DNA from: Pseudomonadota bacterium
Lineage (GTDB): Bacteria; Pseudomonadota; Gammaproteobacteria; Acidiferrobacterales; UBA6901
DNA length: 64,000 nt
Direction of reading: 5' to 3'
Assembly: GCA_021790335.1 (NCBI GenBank)
Contig: JAJYEE010000002.1
Location: forward strand, 4,164 to 68,163
Both the position numbers and the translations under genes were made by a program. Positions 34,759-44,805 of the stretch are shown in pieces. Below the pieces are notes generated by a model. That model searched no databases and was not told the DNA's origin. It worked only from the letters and a program-made list of their open reading frames with translations. Numbering within the stretch: the first letter of the stretch is position 1; every line of letters begins with the position of its first letter.

Positions 34759-36097
34759 ACGAGCCGCCGCCGGTTCCAATCCATGCGCGCATCGGGAAGG
34801 AACTTTGGCGTCGAGCCGGGATGGGTTACCGGTGGGTCGTTTTAAGTGTAGCTCGTCAGTGCAGCGAAAGGTAGGTTAAGAAACGCGGGGTGTGGTGAGC
34901 CCGCCGACGGCTTGTTTCAACCACCGGCATGGGCAGGCCGACGGATACCGCGCGGTGCTGTCGATACGGATTGTGCTGCGCCAACATGCGAGCGCGGCTT
35001 GAAGAGTGTGGCAAAGTTTGCACCCGCCGCCCCGATACCCGAAACATCCCCCCATCGCACTGGCCCGAAGCGTATTGCCAACGACTACGTTGCGGGTTGC
35101 GGGTCTGCGGTTGAGTTTGCAATCCGAAATGAGCACCTTGATCGTCACGCAGGTGATTGGCGAAGCGAAACCACTGGCGACAAAGTGGACGATGGGGAAG
35201 ACGTTGGAAGTGGCTACTAAATTTTCTTGAATTTCTGAAGAGCTGATACGGAAAATGTTGCTTCCCGGCGAGCATAGAGCCGACGCGCGCGCTCGGCAAA
35301 TCTGTCCTATACATCAGGGGACGCCAGAGGCACGGTTGCATGCTTATTTTTCTAGGACTCAACGCACAGAAGACAGGGGAGACTGAAAGGCAATCATCCC
35401 GGTCGCCGCCGGAAGAGTTCGAAAATATCCTCTCCAGTGCAAATGGCGCGTCTCTCTTTGCCTTGCGCGATCGACCTAGGAGGTCTAGAAAGCCCGAAGT
35501 TCGAAAGGCTGATGAAGCATGGCGAGCATTCTCTCTGGTATCCCTGAATAGCGATCACGAAAGGCCAGAAAATTCCGTGCTCGATACGATTTTCTTCGCC
35601 AGCTGCAGCGATGGGCGTGCGGCTTACGCGACACCCTGAAGTGACGGATTCGTCTTCGTGCAACGCCGGCACGCCAGTGCGTGTCCTCCGGCTTTGCGGA
35701 TCAGTTCACACGGATTCGCTGGTCTTCCGTACCGGTATCGGCCGGCAGCCCGCACCGGTGATTAACCCGAACGAAGAGGGCACCTGCGGATTGGACGGCA
35801 GGTGCAGGTTGACCTGCGCCATCGGTCGTTTGCCGCACGATGTTTGCGAACGGGTGCACTGTTCGGGGCCCGGCACGTTTGTGCGGGAAAGCGGGATGTC
35901 GATCCCGCAGATTCCTGTTTATCGTGGAACTGAGCGATACGTGTGAAATCTGGCGCCAGTGGATACGGAAAAAAGGGGGCTAAATGCGGAGTTTTATGGG
36001 ATAATATCGCTGAAAAACCGGCCGTAACTGATGCTCGAGCCTTTAGATTGCCGGTATTCAGGGGAGTAATGCGGCAAAATGAACACAACAAAAATTG

Positions 36098-36184
36098 TGG
36101 TACCGAGGAGAGGACTTGAACCTCCACGGGGTTACCCCCACTAGCACCTGAAGCTAGCGCGTCTACCAGTTCCGCCACCTCGGC
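36098..36184 (-). tRNA. tRNA-Leu (anticodon CAG)
   Basis: GCCGAGGTGGCGGAACTGGTAGACGCGCTAGCTTCAGGTGCTAG...GGTTCAAGTCC..TCGGTACCA; long variable arm; encoded CCA. Confidence 0.97.
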
Positions 36185-36230
36185 ATCTGTCCGATCCCAG
36201 GACAGGTTGTGGGATCGGGTCAGGCGGCGC

Positions 36231-36259
36231 ACTCTACCGAGAGAAGAAATTCATGTCAA
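36231..36259 (-). promoter_or_regulatory. sigma70 promoter of tRNA-Leu
   Basis: TTGACA-17 bp-TAGAGT followed by GC-rich discriminator GCGCCGCC. Confidence 0.75.
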
Positions 36260-38556
36260 ACCGCGTATCCGGCGAGCCCAAAGCGCCGGTTGATCCAATG
36301 GCCGAGCGCGAAGCGCAGAAGTACGAGTTTCCCGTGCCCAGTCGTGAGGCAGTACTGGCGCATCTTGCGCAGCGTGGCGAGCCGCTTTCCCTGAAGTTTC
36401 TTGCAAGCGAGCTTGGGGTCGATGGCGAGCGTGACATTGAGGCATTCGGGCGCCGTCTGCGTGCCATGGAAAGGGATGGCCAGTTGCTGAAGAACCGGCG
36501 TGGTCGCTACGGGCTGCTGCAAAAAATGGATATGGTGCGCGGCCGGGTCGTCGGACATCCGGACGGTTTCGGGTTTCTGATCCCAGACGAAGGCGGTGCA
36601 GATCTGTTTTTGCCGCCGAAGGAAATGCGTGCAGTGCTGCACGGCGACCGGGTGGTGGCGCGTGTCGCCGGCATCGATGTCCGCGGGCGCAGGGAAGGAA
36701 CGGTCGTTGAAGTTCTGGAACGCGCCAATGCGGTGATCGTCGGGCGCTACAGCAGCGAGAACCGCATCAGTTTCGTAATTCCCTCCGACAAACGCATCAG
36801 CCAGGAGATCCTCATCCCGCCGGGCGACGATCTGGGTGCGCGTGACGGCCAGATCGTGGTAGCTGCCGTGAGCGAACCGCCGACTTCCCGCAGCCGGCCG
36901 GTCGGACGCATTGCCGAGGTGCTCGGCGATCACATGTCGCCCGGGATGGAAGTCGAGGTCGCTATCCGCATGTACGACCTGCCGCACAACTGGCCAGACG
37001 CGGTCCTGGACGAGACTTCCGGTCTGTCGCCGGAGGTACCGCCGGGCCCGAAGGAAGGCAGGGAAGACCTGCGTTCGGTTCCGCTCGTGACGATCGATGG
37101 TGAGGATGCGCGTGATTTTGACGACGCGGTGTTCTGCGAGCGTCAGGGGCGCGCATTCCGGCTGATCGTTGCGATCGCCGACGTATCATCCTACGTTCTG
37201 CCTGGCAGCGCTCTCGATGCCGAAGCCTACCGGCGCGGTAACTCGGTATATTTCCCGAATCACGTGATACCGATGCTGCCGGAGATCCTGTCCAACGGCC
37301 TGTGCTCGCTCAATCCCGAGGTCGATCGTCTTTGCGTTGCATGTGAAATGCATATCGGAGCAGGCGGGAAAATCGAGGATTACCGGTTTTTCCGCGCTGT
37401 CATGCGGTCCCATGCGCGTCTGACCTATACCCAGGTGGCGGCGATGCTCGTCGATCAGGATGCCGAACTGCAGCGCCGCTACGCCGCGGTGCAGCCGCAC
37501 CTCGATGATCTGTACGCACTGTACAAGGTTCTGCACAAGGCGCGGGCCGCGCGCGGGGCGGTCGATTTCGAGCTGCCGGAAACCCGTATAATCTACGATG
37601 AGCAGCGCAAGATCGAACGCATCGTGCCGCTGGTACGAAACGATGCCCATCGGATCATCGAGGAATGCATGCTCGCCGCAAATGTCAGTGCCGCTGAACT
37701 GCTCGCGCGCCACAAGAAGGCTGTGCCGTTCCGCGTGCATGCGGGCCCGACCGCCGAGAAGCTTGCCGCGCTGCGCGAATTTCTGTTCGAGCTGGGACTG
37801 AGCCTCGGCGGCGGTGACGAGCCGAAGGCGCGTGACTATGCGCGATTGCTGCTTTCTGTCGAGGGACGCCCGGATGCGAGACTCGTCCACACCGTGATGC
37901 TGCGCAGTCTGAGTCAGGCATTGTATACCCCCGACAATATCGGACATTTCGCGCTCGGCTATCCGAACTACGCCCACTTCACTTCGCCCATACGTCGCTA
38001 TCCCGACCTGCTGGTGCATCGTGCGATCGGTGAACTGCTCGAGCGCCGGTCCAGCACCGTAAGCCTGGCCGAGGCCCAGGTCCAGGGCGAGCATTTCTCG
38101 ATGACCGAGCGGCGTGCGGATGAGGCCACCCGTGAAGTGGTGCGCTGGCTTAAGACGGAATTCATGGTGGCCAAAGTCGGTGAACTGTTCAACGGGATCA
38201 TCAGCGGCGTCACAAACTTCGGACTCTTTGTGGAGCTCGAAGACGTTTACGTCGACGGACTTGTTCACATTACCGCCCTGGGGAACGACTACTACCATTT
38301 TGACGCATCCAAACACCGCCTCGTGGGGGATCGAACCCGGCGGGTATTCCGGCTCGGCGACCCGGTGCGGGTGCGCGTCGTACGAGTGGACCTCGACGAG
38401 GCCAAGATAGATTTCGAGCTCGTTGATGAAGAGGGTGCGCTGCCGCTGCAGCCGGACCGGGGCACACGCAAGGTGCGGCGTACACCGCAACGCACTGCGC
38501 AGAAGGCCAAGCGTCGCAGTCCGGCAGGCAAGAAGGCTGCGCGTCGGGCGAAGTAG
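36253..38556 (+). CDS. rnr: Ribonuclease R
   Basis: HPDGFGF cold-shock domain, TIDGEDARDFDDA, HFTSPIRRYPDL, S1 domain, basic tail. Confidence 0.97.
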   Translation: MSNRVSGEPKAPVDPMAEREAQKYEFPVPSREAVLAHLAQRGEPLSLKFLASELGVDGERDIEAFGRRLRAMERDGQLLKNRRGRYGLLQKMDMVRGRVVGHPDGFGFLIPDEGGADLFLPPKEMRAVLHGDRVVARVAGIDVRGRREGTVVEVLERANAVIVGRYSSENRISFVIPSDKRISQEILIPPGDDLGARDGQIVVAAVSEPPTSRSRPVGRIAEVLGDHMSPGMEVEVAIRMYDLPHNWPDAVLDETSGLSPEVPPGPKEGREDLRSVPLVTIDGEDARDFDDAVFCERQGRAFRLIVAIADVSSYVLPGSALDAEAYRRGNSVYFPNHVIPMLPEILSNGLCSLNPEVDRLCVACEMHIGAGGKIEDYRFFRAVMRSHARLTYTQVAAMLVDQDAELQRRYAAVQPHLDDLYALYKVLHKARAARGAVDFELPETRIIYDEQRKIERIVPLVRNDAHRIIEECMLAANVSAAELLARHKKAVPFRVHAGPTAEKLAALREFLFELGLSLGGGDEPKARDYARLLLSVEGRPDARLVHTVMLRSLSQALYTPDNIGHFALGYPNYAHFTSPIRRYPDLLVHRAIGELLERRSSTVSLAEAQVQGEHFSMTERRADEATREVVRWLKTEFMVAKVGELFNGIISGVTNFGLFVELEDVYVDGLVHITALGNDYYHFDASKHRLVGDRTRRVFRLGDPVRVRVVRVDLDEAKIDFELVDEEGALPLQPDRGTRKVRRTPQRTAQKAKRRSPAGKKAARRAK

Positions 38557-38558
38557 CC

Positions 38559-39383
38559 GTGCCGAACGCAACGACGCAGCATATCTTCGGCTGGCACGCG
38601 GTGCTGTCGGCCTTGGAACAAACGCCCGGCCGGGTGCGGCGGATATGGCTCGATGAGGGGCGCACGGGCGAGCGGCCGCAGGCTCTGATCCGCGCCGCCG
38701 AGGCGGCGCGGATAGTGGCGCTACGTACCACGCGCGCCGAGCTGGACGCGCTTGCCGGTACCCGACGGCACCAGGGGGTGGTCGCTGAATGCGATCCGAT
38801 AGACCCGGGCAATGATCGCGACCTTGGCGGATTCCTGCGCGGGCTGACACAGCCGGCGCTGCTGCTCGTGCTCGACGGGGTCCAGGATCCGCATAACCTG
38901 GGCGCGTGCCTGCGCAGCGCCGACGCCGCCGGAGTGCATGCGGTCATTCTGCCGCGTGACAACGCCGTGGGCATCACGGCGACGGTGCGTAAGGTCGCAA
39001 GCGGCGGTGCCGACACCGTTCCCGTCTTCCGGGTCACGAACCTCGCCCGCACCCTGGATGAGCTCAAGCAGGCGGGACTGTGGATCGCCGGCGCGGCCAG
39101 CGACACACCGCGCGAACTCTACGCGACGGACCTGCGCGGGCCGCTGGCGCTGGTGCTGGGTGCGGAAGGCAAGGGTCTGCGGCGCCTCACGCGGGAACGT
39201 TGCGATTTTCTCATGCGCATCCCCATGGCCGGGAGTGTTGCGAGCCTGAACGTATCGGCGGCTGCCGCGGTATGCCTGTTTGAGGCTTTGCGGCAGAGAC
39301 GCGCTGCCGCACCGGTTACGACACGCGATAATGCGGACGGCGGCGCATCGCGGCAGCTTGCTAAGCACGACGGAACCCTTTAG
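38559..39383 (+). CDS. rlmB: 23S rRNA G2251 2'-O-methyltransferase
   Basis: HQGVVA, LDGVQDPHNLGACLRSA, GAEGKG, SLNVS; follows rnr. Confidence 0.95.
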   Translation: MPNATTQHIFGWHAVLSALEQTPGRVRRIWLDEGRTGERPQALIRAAEAARIVALRTTRAELDALAGTRRHQGVVAECDPIDPGNDRDLGGFLRGLTQPALLLVLDGVQDPHNLGACLRSADAAGVHAVILPRDNAVGITATVRKVASGGADTVPVFRVTNLARTLDELKQAGLWIAGAASDTPRELYATDLRGPLALVLGAEGKGLRRLTRERCDFLMRIPMAGSVASLNVSAAAAVCLFEALRQRRAAAPVTTRDNADGGASRQLAKHDGTL

Positions 39384-39386
39384 AAT
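39358..39386 (+). promoter_or_regulatory. sigma70 promoter of the rpsF operon
   Basis: TTGCTA-17 bp-TAGAAT. Confidence 0.6.
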
Positions 39387-39419
39387 CCCTCGCCTTTAGC
39401 CAAGCCGGCAGCCTTGCTG

Positions 39420-39480
39420 TCCGGCCCTCCTTGCCTTACCGGCCATGCTCCGGAAGGCTACCATCCATGGGGAGTCAGAA
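39420..39480 (+). promoter_or_regulatory. Probable rpsF leader (S6:S18 autoregulatory structure)
   Basis: CTCC-TT-GCCTT-ACCGG..CCGG-AAGGC..CC..GGGAG can fold into a stem that sequesters the RBS, as in known rpsF leaders. Confidence 0.45.
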
Positions 39481-39924
39481 ATGCGTCATTACGAGATCGT
39501 TTTCCTGGTCCATCCCGACCAGAGCGAACAGGTGCCTGCGATGATCGATCGCTACCGGTCCATCATCGAGTCCGGAAAGGGTGCCATTCACCGCCTCGAA
39601 GACTGGGGGCGCCGCCAGCTCGCTTACCCGATCAACAAGATCCACAAGGCGCATTACGTGCTGATGAATATCGAGTGCGATGCCGAGGTCCTGCGCGAAA
39701 TCGAGACCGCGTTCCGCTTCAACGATGCGGTGATCCGCTGGATCACTCTGGCGCGCAAGACTGCGGTTACTGCCGCTTCGCCGCTTGCCAAGGAGAACCA
39801 GGAGGAGGGCCGGTCCGGTGGACCGCACGGCGCACGTGCCGACCACGATAGCGATGAGCGCGAGATTCCCGCGGAGGTGGCCGGCGATGTCAGCGGAGAA
39901 GTGCCGGGCGCCGGCGAGGTCTGA
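39481..39924 (+). CDS. rpsF: 30S ribosomal protein S6
   Basis: [35 protein letters not shown]; acidic C-terminal extension. Confidence 0.97.
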   Translation: MRHYEIVFLVHPDQSEQVPAMIDRYRSIIESGKGAIHRLEDWGRRQLAYPINKIHKAHYVLMNIECDAEVLREIETAFRFNDAVIRWITLARKTAVTAASPLAKENQEEGRSGGPHGARADHDSDEREIPAEVAGDVSGEVPGAGEV

Positions 39925-39997
39925 TTCATCATCCATGTGCCGTCCGGATTAGCGCCGGTCGGGTTCGGTTAGAAAAGATTCCGGGAGTAACGAAAAG

Positions 39998-40225
39998 ATG
40001 TCGCGATTTTTCCGCCGCAAGAAATATTGCCGTTTCACTGCTGAGGGCGTGGTCGAGATCGATTACAAGGATATCGCCACACTGAAGGGCTACGTCACCG
40101 AAACGGGCAAGATCATCCCCAGCCGCAATACCGGCACGAAGGCCCACTACCAGCGCCAGCTGACGCGCGCGGTCAAGCTCGCACGCTATCTGGCGCTGCT
40201 GCCATACAGCGACTCCCATCGCTAG
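39998..40225 (+). CDS. rpsR: 30S ribosomal protein S18
   Basis: [33 protein letters not shown]. Confidence 0.97.
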   Translation: MSRFFRRKKYCRFTAEGVVEIDYKDIATLKGYVTETGKIIPSRNTGTKAHYQRQLTRAVKLARYLALLPYSDSHR

Positions 40226-40281
40226 ACCTTACGACGCCGTCTGCGCAATGACGGCAACGGTGCAAAGCGCGAGGTTTTATT

Positions 40282-40731
40282 ATGCAATTGATACTGCTGG
40301 AAAAGATACGCAATCTCGGTGAGCTGGGCGACCAGGTCAACGTCAAGGCCGGATATGGCCGCAATTATCTGATACCGCAGCACAAAGCTGTGGTTGCGAC
40401 CGCGGAAAACAAGGCGCTGTTCGAATCACGGCGGATCGAATTCGAAAAGGCGCAGGCGGATGCGCTGGGGCGCGCCCAGGCGCGTGCCCAGGAGATGGCT
40501 GGAGCCACCGTTCAGATCGTGAGCAAGGCGGGCGAAGAGGGTAAGTTGTTCGGGTCGGTCGGCACCGCCGAGATTGCAGAGGCGATGACCACTGCCGGTT
40601 TCGAGCTGGCGCGTTCCGAAGTGCAGCTTCCGAATGGTCCTCTCAAGACCGTTGGCGACCACGAAGTGACAGTGTCGTTGCATTCGGAGGTTAACGTCCG
40701 GATCATCGTATCGGTCATCGGGGAGGCATAA
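40282..40731 (+). CDS. rplI: 50S ribosomal protein L9
   Basis: [20 protein letters not shown]. Confidence 0.97.
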   Translation: MQLILLEKIRNLGELGDQVNVKAGYGRNYLIPQHKAVVATAENKALFESRRIEFEKAQADALGRAQARAQEMAGATVQIVSKAGEEGKLFGSVGTAEIAEAMTTAGFELARSEVQLPNGPLKTVGDHEVTVSLHSEVNVRIIVSVIGEA

Positions 40732-40818
40732 GGCCAACCGCGTTGTTTTCCGTTCCTCGCCGTCGATGCAGCGGGGAACGGCCGATGTAAGCTCCAGTCT
40801 GCAGCATGCGGAGGATCG

Positions 40819-43692
40819 ATGGAGGATTTGGCCTATTCGATCGGAAGCTCCGGTTCCGCCACCGAGGCGCTCAAGCTCCCGCCCCAGTCTCTCGAGGCGG
40901 AACAGTCCGTTCTCGGCGGCCTGATGCTGGACAATCAGCGCTGGGACCAGGTTGCCGACCGCGTTTCGCCGGACGACTTCTATCGCAAGGAACACCGGCT
41001 GATCTTCCGCGCCGTCGCGAGCCTGTGCGATGCCAGCGGCCCGGCCGACGTCGTGACGGTATCCGAATGGCTCGAGAAAAACGGCGAGCTCGAGGCCGCT
41101 GGCGGGCTCGCCTATCTCGGCCAGCTCGCCAACAATACCCCCAGCGCTGCCAACATTGTGGCCTATGCGGATATCGTGCGCGAGCGCGCCATCCTGCGTA
41201 ACCTCATCCGTATTGCCAACAATATCGGCAACAGCGCCTACAATCCCGAGGGACGCAACGCCGCCGAGCTCCTGGACTACGCCGAGAAGCATATCCTGGA
41301 CATCAGCGAGCAGGGTGCCCATCGCCGTGGCGGCTTCCTGCCGCTGAAGACCCTGCTCACCAAGGCGGTGGACCGGATCGACCAGCTGTTCCGGTCCGAG
41401 AGTCCGATAACCGGCGTACCCACGGGATTCAGCGACCTGGATGCGATGACCTCGGGATTGCAGGCCGGCGATCTCGTCATCGTTGCCGGGAGGCCGTCGA
41501 TGGGGAAATGCGTGGCGCACGATTCCGAACTGGTGATGGACGACGGCAGCATCGCAACTATTGGGGAGATTTTTCGCAGTCGCCGCGGCCAAGCTATCGG
41601 AACGCTGTCGTCGGATTACCGCATTGGTCGGGCCGTGCCAAGCGACTATGTTGATGACGGCTTCAAACCCGTCTTCGAGGTTACCACCCGCCTCGGACGT
41701 CGTATCGAAACCACGCTCACGCATCCTTTTCTTACCACATCCGGTTGGCGCCCCCTGGGCGAACTGGAAGTGGGGGATCAGATCGCGGTTCCACGCTGTC
41801 TGCCGGTGTTCGGGCAGAAAAAATTGCGCGAATGCGAGGTTAAGCTGCTTGGCTACCTCATCGGGGATGGCGGTTTGACCGGCAGCAACGTGCGCTTCAC
41901 CAACTGCAATCCGCGCATTGCTACTGAGTTCTGCGAGGCGGTGGAAGCATTCGGCGGCCCGTCTTTGACAGTGGGCGAACGCCGCAAAGGCTTTGCGCCG
42001 ACTTGGGGCATTGTTGGCAATCGCGCATCGATTGCAGAGCAACGAAATACTTTCGCCGTGCGCCTGGATAACGCGCTGCAAGAGGCTGGGGTGCCGTCAC
42101 GGCAGCTGGCGGCATCCATCGGTAATTCCCCGGCTGCGGTTGCCTATTGGCGCCAGGGAAGGTCAGTACCGACAGAAGCGACCCTCGGTAATTTGTGCGT
42201 GGCGCTGGTCGAACCGTCTAATTCAGCGCCTGATGGACTCTTGGGCACGCGCAAAAGCGGCAAGAATCCGCTTACACGCTGGCTTGACGAACTTGGACTG
42301 CTGGGGTGCCACGTGTCCAAGAAGACCGTGCCAAGCGCGGTTTTCCGGCTGATCCGACCGCAACAGGCCATGTTCCTCAACCGGCTCTTCGCGACCGATG
42401 GCTGGGCCACGGTGTCCGCGTCCGGCCAGGCGCAGGTTGGTTACGCCACGGTCAGCGAAAGACTGGCGCGGCAGATTCAGCACCTACTGCTACGCTTCGG
42501 GATCATTGCCTCGCTGCGGCGGCGCCAGGTCAAGTTTCATGAAACGCGCCGTCCATCCTGGCAGCTCGACATTACGCATGCCGAATCGATTCTGACGTTT
42601 GCCGGTACTATCGGTATCTACGGAAAGGAAGAGGCGCTCACCGCTGTTGTCAGGGAGGTTGAGCGGCGGCGCCAGACCGATACAGATCTAGTGCCGGCCG
42701 AGGTATGGAACAGCATTGCGGGTACAAAAGGCGATTTGTCCTGGTCGGAACTGGCCCGAAGGGCCGGCATTAACGATTCAAACCTACACCTCGGTCGGCG
42801 CCAGTTGTCCAGGCCCCGGCTTGCCAGATTCGCGTTGGCGCTGGGCGACCGGGAACTGTTGGCGCTCTCTCAGAGTGATGTCTACTGGGACCGCATTGTC
42901 TCGATCGTGCCGCTGGGCGAGAAACAGGTCTATGATCTCACTATTCCGGACACCCACAATTTCATCGCCAACGATATCTGCGTGCATAACACATCACTTG
43001 CTATGAATATCGCGGAAAATGCGGCGGTTGGTGCAAAATTGCCGGTCGCCGTGTTCAGCATGGAAATGCCCGGGGAGCAGCTGGCAATGCGCATGATGTC
43101 GTCGCTCGGACGCATCAACGCGCACAAGGTGCGGACCGGCAAGCTAGAGGATGATGACTGGCCGCGCCTCACTTCGGCCATCGGGTTGCTGGCTGATGCA
43201 CCGATGTTCATCGACGACACCCCGGCACTCACGCCGCTGGAGCTGCGCTCGCGCGCCCGACGCCTCAAACGCGAGCACGGTCTGGGACTCATCGTCGTAG
43301 ACTACCTGCAGCTCATGCAGTCTCCGGAGAACGGCGAGAACCGGGCAACCGAAATCTCCGGCATCACGCGTTCTCTCAAGAGCCTGGCGAAGGAGCTGAA
43401 CGTACCGCTCATCGCCATGTCGCAGCTCAATCGCAGCCTGGAACAGCGGCCGAACAAGCGTCCGGTGATGTCGGATCTGCGCGAATCGGGCGCCATCGAG
43501 CAGGACGCGGATGTCATCTTCTTCATATACCGGGACGAAGTGTACAACGAGGACAGCCAGGACAAGGGAACGGCCGAGATCATCATCGGCAAGCAGCGCA
43601 ACGGTCCGACCGGCAAGGTGCGCCTGACCTTTCTCGGCGAATACACCCGCTTTGAGAATTACGCCAGCGGTGCCTATGACGAGCGGTTCTGA
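40819..43692 (+). CDS. dnaB: Replicative DNA helicase DnaB, intein-containing
   Basis: PPQSLEAEQSVLG; Walker A GRPSMGK|T split by an intein; VDYLQL, DLRESGAIEQDAD, KQRNGP. Confidence 0.97.
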   Translation: MEDLAYSIGSSGSATEALKLPPQSLEAEQSVLGGLMLDNQRWDQVADRVSPDDFYRKEHRLIFRAVASLCDASGPADVVTVSEWLEKNGELEAAGGLAYLGQLANNTPSAANIVAYADIVRERAILRNLIRIANNIGNSAYNPEGRNAAELLDYAEKHILDISEQGAHRRGGFLPLKTLLTKAVDRIDQLFRSESPITGVPTGFSDLDAMTSGLQAGDLVIVAGRPSMGKCVAHDSELVMDDGSIATIGEIFRSRRGQAIGTLSSDYRIGRAVPSDYVDDGFKPVFEVTTRLGRRIETTLTHPFLTTSGWRPLGELEVGDQIAVPRCLPVFGQKKLRECEVKLLGYLIGDGGLTGSNVRFTNCNPRIATEFCEAVEAFGGPSLTVGERRKGFAPTWGIVGNRASIAEQRNTFAVRLDNALQEAGVPSRQLAASIGNSPAAVAYWRQGRSVPTEATLGNLCVALVEPSNSAPDGLLGTRKSGKNPLTRWLDELGLLGCHVSKKTVPSAVFRLIRPQQAMFLNRLFATDGWATVSASGQAQVGYATVSERLARQIQHLLLRFGIIASLRRRQVKFHETRRPSWQLDITHAESILTFAGTIGIYGKEEALTAVVREVERRRQTDTDLVPAEVWNSIAGTKGDLSWSELARRAGINDSNLHLGRRQLSRPRLARFALALGDRELLALSQSDVYWDRIVSIVPLGEKQVYDLTIPDTHNFIANDICVHNTSLAMNIAENAAVGAKLPVAVFSMEMPGEQLAMRMMSSLGRINAHKVRTGKLEDDDWPRLTSAIGLLADAPMFIDDTPALTPLELRSRARRLKREHGLGLIVVDYLQLMQSPENGENRATEISGITRSLKSLAKELNVPLIAMSQLNRSLEQRPNKRPVMSDLRESGAIEQDADVIFFIYRDEVYNEDSQDKGTAEIIIGKQRNGPTGKVRLTFLGEYTRFENYASGAYDERF
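41509..42990 (+). mobile_element. 494-aa intein with LAGLIDADG homing endonuclease in the DnaB P-loop
   Basis: Cys1 after GK; block B TLTHPF; blocks C LLGYLIGDGG and E FLNRLFATDG; block F VYDLTI; terminal HN followed by Thr+1. Confidence 0.95.
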
Positions 43693-43718
43693 CGGATTGT
43701 TGCGCGCGCGTTTCTGCG

Positions 43719-44801
43719 ATGGCTAGACCGGCGCAGGTGCGGCTTTCGGCGGCGGCGCTGCAGCATAACCTCGAGCGCGTGCGCAGTTACGCGCCCGAAG
43801 CCAAGATCATGGCGGTCGTCAAGGCCAATGGCTACGGTCACGGCCTCGGATGGGCCGCGCGCGTGCTGTCACAGGCGGACGCGTTCGGCGTTGCCAGCGT
43901 AGAGGAGGGTATTGTGCTGCGGCGTGCGGGAGTGACCCGGCCGGTGTGCCTGCTGGAGGGGTTTTTCCGCAACGAGGAACTGGCGCTGCTCGTGGCAGAG
44001 CGGCTGTCTACCGTGGTGCATCACGAGCGTCAGATCCGGGAACTCGAGGACTTCAGTGGCAGCGCGCCTGTGGACGTATGGCTTAAGATCGATACGGGCA
44101 TGCATCGCATCGGCTTCGATCCGCAGCGCGCTGCCTCGGCAGCCAGCCGCCTGCGGGCCTGCAAATCTGTCGGTGCTCTAGGCCTGCTGTCGCATTTCGC
44201 CAACGCCGACAACAAGTTCGACAGCACCACTTCGTTCCAGATCGGTCTATTTAATGATCTTGCCGCCTCGATCGGCGGGGAGCGCAGTCTCGCCAATTCG
44301 GCCGGAATCATTGCCTGGCCGGAAAGCCGACTGGAATGGGTGCGTCCGGGCATCATGCTCTACGGCGTATCGCCGGTGATCGGCCAGATTGGTGTCGAAC
44401 TCGGTCTGGAACCGGTCATGACACTGAGCAGCGAGATCATCGCAATCAGCCGGCGACGCAAGGGCGAGGCTATCGGCTATGGCGGGGACTGGGTATGTCC
44501 GGAGGAGATGCCGGTGGGTGTCGTGGCCATCGGCTACGGCGATGGCTATCCGCGCCACGTACCCGCGGGCACCCCGGTGCTGGTCAATGGGCGGCGCGTA
44601 CCGCTTATTGGACGCGTATCCATGGACATGATCACGGTCGACCTGCGTGATCAGCCCGGTGCGCGGATCGGAGATCCGGCAGTGCTGTGGGGTGCGGGAC
44701 TGCCGGTGGAGGAGATCGCCGCGCGTGCCGGCACGATCGGCTACGAGCTTCTGTGCCAGGTGACGCCGCGTGTGCTGCGGATCGAGTCGGCGGAGCGCTG
44801 A
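43719..44801 (+). CDS. alr: Alanine racemase
   Basis: AVVKANGYGHG, KIDTGMHRIG, VRPGIMLYG, GYGDGYPR, GRVSMD. Confidence 0.96.
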   Translation: MARPAQVRLSAAALQHNLERVRSYAPEAKIMAVVKANGYGHGLGWAARVLSQADAFGVASVEEGIVLRRAGVTRPVCLLEGFFRNEELALLVAERLSTVVHHERQIRELEDFSGSAPVDVWLKIDTGMHRIGFDPQRAASAASRLRACKSVGALGLLSHFANADNKFDSTTSFQIGLFNDLAASIGGERSLANSAGIIAWPESRLEWVRPGIMLYGVSPVIGQIGVELGLEPVMTLSSEIIAISRRRKGEAIGYGGDWVCPEEMPVGVVAIGYGDGYPRHVPAGTPVLVNGRRVPLIGRVSMDMITVDLRDQPGARIGDPAVLWGAGLPVEEIAARAGTIGYELLCQVTPRVLRIESAER

Positions 44802-44805
44802 GCGC

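Noticed and set aside
34845-34875. Hammerhead ribozyme core (CUGACGAG on the minus strand)
   Set aside because: The required stem II-GAAA does not follow on the same strand
34876-35148. Response-regulator remnant (MTIKVLISD...)
   Set aside because: Resemblance is limited to nine residues; no further receiver motifs
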